Assembly (NCBI GenBank): GCA_976226885.1
Contig: OZ320316.1
Location: 71,548,001-71,612,000, forward strand
Length of the DNA: 64,000 nucleotides
Source of the DNA: Iphione sp. A-MEVVRFRX5
Lineage: Eukaryota
Reading direction: 5' to 3'
Part shown: in pieces, positions 13,242-22,148 of the stretch
Position numbering within the stretch: position 1 is the stretch's first letter
How the letters are laid out: each line of letters begins with the position of its first letter
Translations under genes and position numbers: made by a program
The notes under the pieces: model-generated
Database searches by the model: none
Told to the model about the DNA's origin: nothing
What the model saw: the letters and a program-made list of their open reading frames with translations, nothing else

Positions 13242-14724
13242 TGTGACGTTCCTGCCTCCCCTGGTGAGGGAGGTCTTCTGGATTTTTTCTTTGGAGGATG
13301 TCACTTTCCTCAGGGATCGATTGGGTGGGCAATGTGAAATAAAGCACCTTCTACCTCAGGGTTTTCCTTCTCGAATCCTGTTTCTGTGTTCTTCAGCGGT
13401 TCAGGGCCGTCTCCAGTCCTGTATCGTTTAGTCTTGAATCTGATGCTTTCTTTCTTCCACCAGAGATTAATAAAGATTGAAGTGGATACACCTGTCTCGT
13501 GTTGTTCTATCTTGTTTTCAAAGGGGCTTATGATCGTCAGCCACGGAAGATGATGTAAAAGGTAGAACAGGAAAACGAGGATCCCGAGTGTAGGTTTTAT
13601 CGTGCTTTATTCCGAGTACATCAGTGGGATGATACTCTTGTTTCCCCCTCTGACAATAAAGCCTAAGATGGCAGACGCATGGCAATAGGAGCTTTCAGCA
13701 AGGTGGGGTCGGGACTTACAAGACAGACCAGAGCCATGTGGGGTCGAATCCTAAGCAGGAGGGTTGGAGTCCTTCTTAGACCGGAGTTCTTTCAATTGAG
13801 CAGCAGTCGGCAGCAGGCCGGAGGATAAGTGATTCCTCCAGCAGGGCTCTGGCCTGGTCTCGGCCACTCGAAAGGTGCTGAGGAGCTCCTTGGTGTGTGA
13901 ATGGGAGCTCTGAGCCTTTGAACCTGAACCTCTGAGTCTCTCTTGGGAAGATGTGCAGCCTCCTTATATACTTCCCTAGTTCTAGAGTCTTCCTTCCCAT
14001 TGGCTGAAAAGGGACCATTCTGATTGGACGGTTGGGGAAGAGAACTGCTCTTATCGGCTCACATACGTAAGTACCCCATGATGAAATCCTAAAGATCAAA
14101 GGGATTCCAGGTAAAGACAAATGGGGGCCTCAGGAATTGCACAATCTACTGACAAAGACTGATGAGGGTCATAAATGTCAGTTTAAGCTAAAAGTATACC
14201 AGAATTCTCATAAAGTCTGTACTCAGGGCCGTAACGCTTGTCAGGTGCTTAGGAAAGATAATTGGACAGGTGATGAGGTAGGATTCCAGGCCCTTTGAAA
14301 AGGCCGAGATCCGAGTCTAGCTCACTCAGGGGAGGAATTCAGAACGGAGCCATAAAGACAGGAATTTAGCTGAACATGCTGGACACCCAGAAGTGGAACT
14401 ACAAGAAGGGAAAACATCCTTCACCTGTTGGACCAATATCAGGTTGAGTTATTATGAGGTAGAACTCTCTTTTGATCTAGTAACTACCCTATGTGGGTTG
14501 CGAAAGAGAGGAATTACTCATGGCTGTTTTACATTACTTTGAGTTACGTCACGAAATATTGGGAATTGCTAACTGTCTTTTTTGAAAGGAATGTTGGTAT
14601 TTCTGGAATGGGAAAGGCTGGGATGGGTGTACACCAAGTGCCGAGTTGGCACGAGAAGCCTAGGTAAGACAGAATTCGCCTTTCTACGATGGTATTGATT
14701 TTTGAGGGAGTCGTTGATCTAACA
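13242..14724 (-). mobile_element. 1483-bp solo-LTR-type insertion nested in Gypsy pol
   Basis: TGTGA...TAACA termini with a 4-bp TSD GTTC (13238-41 and 14725-28). Removing it restores the pol frame ...QPDRGVWVPVWNLSPQAVQVLEGT. The minus strand carries CCAAT (~14027, ~14003), TATATAA (~13968) and AATAAA (~13611) in LTR order. Confidence 0.85.
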
Positions 14725-17180
14725 GTTCCAGTGTGGAACCTCAGCCCCCAGGCGGTGCAAGTATTGGAAGGAACCCGATTCACAGATTACCAGCCAGTGG
14801 ACATACTAGCCGGGGTGACTGAGGAGAAGCAAAGCGAAGCTATCCAGTTGCTTTGAGAACAGCTGCCCGAGGACCTCTCTGAGGAAGAACGTTTGGGGAA
14901 AGAGGCCATGTTTGAGGCCCACAAGGGCATATTCAAGACAGAGAGCAGTCCCCTAGGCTGCACCCTGGAGGTCCAGCACTGGATCGACATCCAAGCCACC
15001 TGCCAATCCACCAGAGGGTGCACCGCCTCCCCTCCCCAAACGGTTGGCTGTGCAAGCCAAGATTGAGAAAATGGTGGAAAAAGAGTCCTAGAAGTGTTGA
15101 CTAGTCCGTGGGCCTCCTCTCTTGTGCTGGTGCAGAAGAAGGACAGGGACCTGCACTTCTGCATTGATTACAGGAAGTTGAATCAAGTGACCAAGAAGGA
15201 TGTCTACCCCTTGCTTCAAATAGACGACACCCTGGATGCACCAGCAGGTACTGGCAGGTCCGGATGGCTGCAGAGGATGCAGAGAAGACGGCAGTGTGCA
15301 CACCCTTGGAGCTTTACTAATTCTGGGTGATGTCCTTTGAGCTGTGCAATGTGCTGTTGACATTCAAGCGCTTGATGGAGTCCGTCCTCTGGGGCCTGGT
15401 GGGCTTGGAGTGCCTCGTCTACTTGGATGATGTGATCATCCTTGGGAACACCGTGGCCAAGATGTGTGACCGCTTGGGAAGGGTGTTCCAGTGCCTGCAG
15501 GACACCGGTCTTCTAGTCAAGGCTAAGATGTGTCAGCTCTTCAGGAAAGAGGTGGCCTATTTGGGGCACTGGGTGTTGGTTGAGGGGGTGAGTGTTGACC
15601 CAGATAAGATCCGTGCGGTAGTAGAGTGGCCCCAGCCCCAATGTGCGGCAGAAGTTCACAGCTTCTTGGGGCTCTCCTCCTATTATCGCAGTTTGGTGGA
15701 GGGCTTTGCCAGGATTGCGGCCCCCTCCACACCCTGGCTGATAAGGCAGTCGAGTTCTGCTGGTCCGTGGAGTGTCTGGATGCCTTCACAGTAGTTGGCA
15801 TCCACCCCGGTGTTGGGCTACCCAGCTCCCCAAGGGCGGTGGCTGTTGGACATTGATGCTTCTGACACCAGGATCGGGGCAGTCCTCTTGCAAGAACAGG
15901 GTGGTCGCGAAAGGGTGTTGGCCTCTGCAAGCCACACCCTCATGCAGCTGGAATGCCACTACTGTGTCACCCGGTGGGAGCTCTTGGTGGGGTTTTTGCC
16001 TTGTGGAAGTTCAGGTGCTACGTGGGGGGCCGGACAGTGGATGTCCAGAAGGACCATGATTCCCAACGTTGGCTCTGCAACTTCCGGGAGCCCCTGGGTC
16101 AACTGGCTTGATGGCTGGAAGAGGTCTAAGACCTAAGTCATGACCGCGGAACGGGTGATGGGTCTAGAAGACAGGAGTGATCTCCTGGCATCGGGGCCAG
16201 GCCTCACTTGGGAAGAGGGGCAACTCCGAAGAAGGCAGTCAGCTGGAGCTGCAGGATGGCACTCTCATCAGGCTTTGGGAACGTGAGGCCAGGCAGACCA
16301 TGCCGCAGGCCTTTCTCCCGAAGGCACTCCAGAAACACCTGTGGCAGGAGACCCATACCAGTGTGTTGGGCGGCCATGTTGGCATGGAAAAGACCAGGGC
16401 CATACTCCAGTTGCGTTGGTTCTGGCCCAGAATGTCGAGGGATGTTTCCTGGTGGATGCAATGCTGCTGAGCTTGTCAGCAGAGGAAGGGACCAGGGTGG
16501 AAGCACTGAGCCCCACTGCAGAGAAGGCCGGTCTGTGAGCTGTGGGAGGTGCTGGCTGTGGATATCTTGGGGCCGCTCCCGACAACCCCCCAAGGGCACA
16601 AGTACATCTTGGTGGTCCCCAACCACTTCTCCAAGTGGACGGAGGCCTTCCCATTGGAGGAAGCCATGGCGCCCACCACTGCAGAGATCCTCGTCTGGGA
16701 GATAGTGTGCCATTTTTGCCCTCCCGGGTCCTTTATTCTGACCAGGGGAGAAATTTCCAGGATGCCCTGTTCGTAGAAGTTCTCAGTCTCCTGGGGATAG
16801 AAAAATTGTGGACCACCCCATACCACCCGCTGAGCAATGGAATGGTGGAGCAGTTCAACTGCACCCTGGGTAATATGTTGGGAGCCTTGGCTGAAGAGCG
16901 ACACTAGGACTGGGACCTGACCTTGCCATTTGTTCTGGCCACCTACCGCACCACTCCCCACAGTGCTACTGGTGAGTCCCTGAATCGGGTGCGCCCACAG
17001 TCCTACCAAGTTGGGGAAGGTGTGTGGCTCTTCACGCCTGCCCACAAGAAGGGGGTCTCCCCAAAACTGCAGAGCTGGTGGGAAGGGCCCTGGATGGTCA
17101 AGCAAGCGCTCTTGGCAGTGGTCTACCATGTCAGCCGAGGGAGGAAGAGGAAGGTCCTCTATGCTGACTGACTCAAGCCG
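14725..17180 (+). pseudogene. Gypsy pol: reverse transcriptase, RNase H, integrase (frameshifted, multiple stops)
   Basis: RT: SPWASSLVLVQKKDRDLHFCIDYRKLNQVTKKDVYPL and CLVYLDDVII. RNase H: LDIDASDTRIGAVLLQ. Integrase HHCC: HTSVLGGHVGMEKT...QCC*ACQ. Catalytic D,D,E: AVDILGP / YSDQGRNF / NGMVEQFN. GPY/F-like WEGPWMV. Confidence 0.95.
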
Positions 17181-17786
17181 GCCCGGCTAGACCCCCAGAT
17201 CACTTGCAGCATATGGATAGAGAGGGGCGAGCCGCCGCAGCTTGACCCGCACTGCTGTGGTGCCATCGACAGTCCACCATAGGGCAGTATGGAGCCAGTG
17301 TCAGCATCCCTTCACCCCGAGAGGATCACCACTAAAGCTGCGAAGCCCCCTGGGGGGGGAGGAGCACAGGGACCGAGCCAGGAAGGCCTGGTGCAGCCCC
17401 CGCACAGGACCGGGTAAGACAGGTGGGCATCAGGGCCACTTTCCACTTGTCAGACGTGGAAAGGAGCCTGGGATCATCCCCACCCCTGCACCTGCTGGGA
17501 AGAGGTGGAGGCTTGCCTTAATATGTCACCCCCTGCCAGCCCAGGGTGGCATCTATGTCCGAAGAAGAGGTGGAGCAGCACCTGGATTGGCGGCTTGGAC
17601 TTTACTGGTCCAAGCCTGATGAAGCAGCCAAGACGGTGGACTTGGTCACACCACCAGGTACCCCCATGTCCCCGTCTGTGAAGAAGGCCTGGCTGTCCGA
17701 GGATGACGACACCCCCCTTGGTGCCACCAGGAGGAGGTGGCCAGGAGGCATCCACAGCTGATGTTCAGCAGGCTATCTAGTCGGTC

Positions 17787-18791
17787 ATGAAGGATGTAGT
17801 GGACCCAGATAGCGCGGGTATAGACTTGGATGTGGAGGACCTCTTCGCAGGGGACTCTGGGGATGATACCTCAGAAACTGAGCTGAAGCAAACACTGCGG
17901 GTCCAACAGACCATGCCTTCAGGCCAGATAGGAGAGGAGAATCCCCCACCTCCCACGGATCAGCCAGGAGAGAACAGCACGCCCCATGCCGAGACACCCC
18001 TGGAGCACAAGGACAGGGTCAGCAAATCCAAGACAGAGTTGAAGCAGGTTCTGAGGGCCAGACAACTGGACCGCCCCACCTGGCCGAGAGGGGGTGGGCA
18101 CTTGCCGCTGATCCGGCAGGCAGATGTCATTGGCCCAGAAGACTCTGCTCCCAACTCGGCCACTCCAGCACCTCACAGATCCTCATTGCTGGCTCTGATG
18201 GGGCCGGACTTGACACTGACTACAGGCTCTGCTTGTATGCCGGGTCCGAGCCCTCCCCCGCACAGGCCTGTAGACTCTGGACCAGCGGGGCTCCTACATG
18301 AAGAGGAGATGGGAGGGCCAGCCACCGAGGTGCCAGCCGATGAGCCAGGAGACTCTGACGAGTCAGCCACTGCTTCTAAGGAGGAGAGACCACCCCGGCT
18401 TGGCGATGGCCCATTGGGAGCTGACTGCCCCCCCTGCCGGAGAAGAACATTTGGAGGATGTCATGGCAATGGGTCCCTCGGGTCAAACCATGGCAGATGG
18501 CCCCATATTGCCTCTACATCAACAGAGATACAGCTGGGAGGAAGGGCGTTGTGGGCCTTCCTGCATCACGAGTCAGAGCTCTGCATCATAGAGATGGTCG
18601 TGGACACCCCCACCCTGGGTGACATGATGCAAGGCCAACCACCTCCTCCTCACCAGGAGGAACCCTCTACACCCCTGCAAGACCACCCAGATGTCCTGCC
18701 ACCCATAGGACTCGACCAGAGCCAACAGGGGCCACTGGAGGATAGATCCGGGGAGACACCAGCAGTCGGAACTTCAGGAGTTGCACAGTGA
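17787..18791 (+). CDS. Uncharacterised 334-aa Pro/Asp/Glu-rich ORF in the 3' region of the Gypsy element (extra ORF remnant)
   Basis: Longest ORF in the window, lying between integrase and the PPT. It has an internal repeat ETELKQTLRVQQ / KTELKQVLRARQ and no signal peptide or transmembrane segment typical of env. Confidence 0.4.
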   Translation: MKDVVDPDSAGIDLDVEDLFAGDSGDDTSETELKQTLRVQQTMPSGQIGEENPPPPTDQPGENSTPHAETPLEHKDRVSKSKTELKQVLRARQLDRPTWPRGGGHLPLIRQADVIGPEDSAPNSATPAPHRSSLLALMGPDLTLTTGSACMPGPSPPPHRPVDSGPAGLLHEEEMGGPATEVPADEPGDSDESATASKEERPPRLGDGPLGADCPPCRRRTFGGCHGNGSLGSNHGRWPHIASTSTEIQLGGRALWAFLHHESELCIIEMVVDTPTLGDMMQGQPPPPHQEEPSTPLQDHPDVLPPIGLDQSQQGPLEDRSGETPAVGTSGVAQ

Positions 18792-19552
18792 CTGCAAGGA
18801 AGCTTGCCTGCTGGGGCTCCAGGGGCCCCGGTACGGCCTCGTCATTCAATGCCTCTTCAACCCGGGGCATTGACATGCACACACACCCACCCCTGGGCTC
18901 CCCGTTGGCTCAGGTGTTTCTGCCATTGGCTCCCGGTGCCCCTTGCAAAGCCTCCTGAGCTCACCAGCAGTGCAGGACATATCGGGGCCCATGGGTCCCA
19001 AAGAGGAAGTACTCGATGCAGTATACATGTGGACTGCTTCGCGTGTAATCTCTCCAGAGTCAGACTTACCAGCAGGGTGGAGTGTTGTCAGCAATGCTGC
19101 ATCCATGGATCTGCAAGTGCTAATCTACGGGCAGGTAAAAGGTCCTCCTCTTGTCAGATGGTGAGCTGCCATCGGTTGGGGGCCCCCGTGCTGGGTAGCT
19201 CACTTCCCCAGTGATATGCTGTGTATGGGATGGTTTTCACCAGGGGCAGACCCATGTGTCAGTTGGCCACCTGACGGGAGGAGCCAGCTGGGATGGACAG
19301 AGTGGATGTCACCATCTGCGAGTGGTGGACAGTTTTTCTAGACGTGGATCACCCCAGCACCAGTCAACTGATGGAGTGAACACATGGCAGTGCCCCCGGA
19401 CTATGAGTTAAGGATACCGGATTGACATGCGTCCCCTTTGGACTTAGGCCTGATGAACGCTCAGACAGCTTGGACCGCCCCCTGGACTTTTCTGTTAACA
19501 GTTATTGGATGTTCTTAGTTAATGTTGTCCTGCTTGGGGACAAGCACATCTT

Positions 19553-19566
19553 GGAGGGGGACAGGG
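19553..19566 (+). other. Polypurine tract (PPT)
   Basis: GGAGGGGGACAGGG lies one base before the 3' LTR TG. Confidence 0.85.
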
Positions 19567-19567
19567 T

Positions 19568-19847
19568 TGTGGCCACTGTGTGGCTGGTGGCACGGGTGTG
19601 TGGCACCCAGTGCTAGCACACGGCGCCAGCACACCATGCAGCATGTGGCATGCAGCACAACCTGAGTGGTGGGGTCAGCTGGTTTGGGCAGGAACTGGGG
19701 AGCTATATATATGAGGGTTGCTTGGGCTGTTGTTGTTATCTGTTGTAACTGCTAAGGCAGAGTACTTGGTCTCATTCTCCTTCAGCAATAGAGCTGCATC
19801 TCATCATTTCGGCATCATATCTTATTTGCGTAGTGGCAAGTGCTACA
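19568..19847 (+). repeat. 3' LTR of Gypsy element
   Basis: TG...CA termini, directly after the polypurine tract, and homologous to 11129-11380. Confidence 0.92.
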
Positions 19848-20077
19848 TTATGTACATTTTTGGTCTACAAATGAGAGACCCACATAGGGAGAGACAGAAA
19901 GACATACAGATATGCGGACAAGCATCCAGACACAGAGGCATGTGGAAAGGTAGACACTTTATTTGGGATACTTGCATCTGACTTCTTACTAGTTTAGATC
20001 ACACATAGCTGAATACATATCAGTATAAGAGAAAAGTGTGGATTTCTTTAAAGGGGTGTGTGTTCTCATATGGGTAA

Positions 20078-20290
20078 TTACACTACCTTTATAAAACATT
20101 GCCTGAAAGTAGTCCGGTAATGGGTGAGGATCTCATGTGTATGAGACCGTTCCTAAACCTCATGCTTTCTTTCTGTCATAGTGTTATGTTATTCTTTTTT
20201 GGAATAATTGAAACTGCCACATGTCTTAAGATAGAAAACAAATTATAAAAGAAAGCTGAAGACAAATCTGGCCCTACTTTTTTCAGTTAG
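20078..20290 (+). repeat. Dispersed repeat family, copy 2
   Basis: Homologous to 2085-2290, including the tctc(a/g)tgtgtatgagac hairpin and ttctaaggtagaaaaca-like segment. Confidence 0.8.
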
Positions 20291-20450
20291 GTGTAAGAAT
20301 ATGCACTATGCCTGTGTGTATCCGGATTAAGTAGAATCGAGGGTGTAAATTTAAATGAGCAGGGGCTGAGATGGGAGTCAGACATGGGGGGGTAGGGGTC
20401 AAAGTACAGAGTGGTAACTTCCTGGACAGTGCAGGTGCCGAAGGTGCTTG

Positions 20451-20720
20451 TTACACTACCTATATAAAACATTGCCTGAAAGTAGTCTGGCCATGGGGGC
20501 TGACATGCCATTCTGATGTGATTATCCCAAAATACATTATTTTTGTTAGGAATTCATGCATAATGATATTGTAATACAAAAGAAGAATGATTATTCATCT
20601 ACTGTATATGTAAAATGCTTAAATTACTAAAAAGCATATGACATATGTGGACCTACTTTCTACACAGAGTGGTGTATTCCTACCCTCCTCTGTTCAGTGG
20701 AGCAGAACCGAGGTTGTAAA
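20451..20720 (+). repeat. Dispersed repeat family, copy 3
   Basis: Same head motif at 20451. gtgtattcctaccctcctctg...gcagaac at ~20672 matches 2321. Confidence 0.75.
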
Positions 20721-21289
20721 AGGCCATATTGGTCTGTACTTTGACGCCTTCCCCCATCCCCTGGCTACAGGTACACTCTAACCAACCAGTGCGGACGCCA
20801 AAGGCACTTGTACAGTTTAAAAGACTGCCTTTCGTCTTTTTGATTACAAATGGATGATTAACATTTTCTACACCACCGACAGTTCGCGTATTTTCAGCAT
20901 ATTTGCACATGATGTAGGCCTAAGTAGTAGAAAACATCTATATATATCTTAGTGTTTTGTTGATTCTAGTGTAAAACACGATGCTTATCGTAGGTGTTTT
21001 CCCACATAACAAAACGGGAACAGTTGCCTTCCTCGCCACATTTAGGAATATATATAAAATGCATGGACAAACTTGTACATTGTATTTGTATATAAGCACA
21101 GGATAGAGAAAGCGTTAAATGTTTCATCTCACTTGTAAGCTATATCTATTGACCCATTTCTGCCTGAATGGTTTAAAAAACAATTGGGTTTGTTCGCATG
21201 CACTCTATAAAATACATTCATATTCACATACGTTCATATTTATTTACACAGGATTGTCATCGAACCTTTCATCGTTTCCCCTTCCCTCC

Positions 21290-22102
21290 CTGCAGTGGCG
21301 TCAATGCCTCTAGTTCCACGAAGCTCCACACATGGAGCCAGCTTCGCCATCTGTGAACGAGTCACCCGCAAAGTGAACGGGTGGTGCGGTGGCCAACTCA
21401 AGTTAATTGTTAGTAGGCGCTGGCAGTGACGGCGCGCGCATGTTGTAAGTAAGCGACGCTCGTATGCGGGCGACGCGATGTTTGTTCTAGTTTGAAGGCA
21501 AGAGTTTCTCTTTGGAGCTACTCGCGTCTATACCGTCACACTGGTAGCGGAAGCGTTCGCCCGCGGTTTTCCTCCGTACGCCCAGGAAGACCCCGTCAAC
21601 TTAGCGCTTTGCTTTCTTGCTCCACCCGCTTCCCTCGGAGGGCCTCTCCAGGACTGAATCCGCTTCCCCGCCGTACCTCCACTCCAGGCCATGTACCTTC
21701 CCACATAGCGCCGGGGAGAGAACGTTCTCACGGAAGGGGTAGTCGGCAACGCAGTCTTATGCCGTTCGCAGCCGGAGGAGAAACGCAGCACGCCAGGCAG
21801 CTAACTTTTCTTATTCTCCCAAGCACTTGGCCGTCTGGACGTCGGCTGGAGCAGGGGCACGCCTGAGGTGGCCAGTGCCTGTGATCAAGACACATGGGCG
21901 CCAAGGAAGCTCTGATAACTCCCTGCTGACTGATCGATAATACAGCCGGCGATAGGAGATCGCTAGCCAGGCATCTATTGGAGGTAGGCCGTCCTCTACT
22001 TGTCCACTACTGTCCACCATCGTGAAGAGAGGCAACATCGGCGCGTTGACTTCGGGGAGTATCACTGGAGGTAAATCCACAGCCTAGCAGCTGCAGGTCA
22101 TC
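21290..22102 (+). promoter_or_regulatory. CpG-rich promoter / 5' UTR region of the CARP gene
   Basis: Sharp switch from AT-rich, CpG-poor DNA to CpG-dense DNA (about 11 CpG in 21421-21480) just upstream of the start exon. No clear TATA box. Confidence 0.55.
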
Positions 22103-22148
22103 ATGCTGCTGGCCCTAGTACTTCAGCTTCTCTGGTTCACTAATATGG
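22103..22148 (+). CDS. CA10: Carbonic anhydrase-related protein (CA10/CA11/CARP family), first coding exon: signal peptide MLLALVLQLLWFTNM, phase-1 intron follows
   Basis: ATG at 22103 in gtcATCATGc context, with an in-frame TAG 18 nt upstream (22085). 15 hydrophobic codons plus G are followed by a canonical GTAAGT donor at 22149. It joins in frame to the 27091 exon, giving a plausible A-Y-G|S signal cleavage site. Confidence 0.8.

Larger units (their letters stand above)
11129..19847 (+). mobile_element. Decayed full-length Ty3/Gypsy LTR retrotransposon (LTR-gag-PR-RT-RH-IN-extra ORF-PPT-LTR)
   Basis: Two direct LTRs both start TGTGGCCACTGTGTGGCTGGTGGC, and the 3' LTR ends ...GCTACA. Domain order PR-RT-RH-IN is the Gypsy order. 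A PPT precedes the 3' LTR. The candidate 4-bp TSD is ttgt (11125-28) / ttat (19848-51), with one mismatch. Confidence 0.95.
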
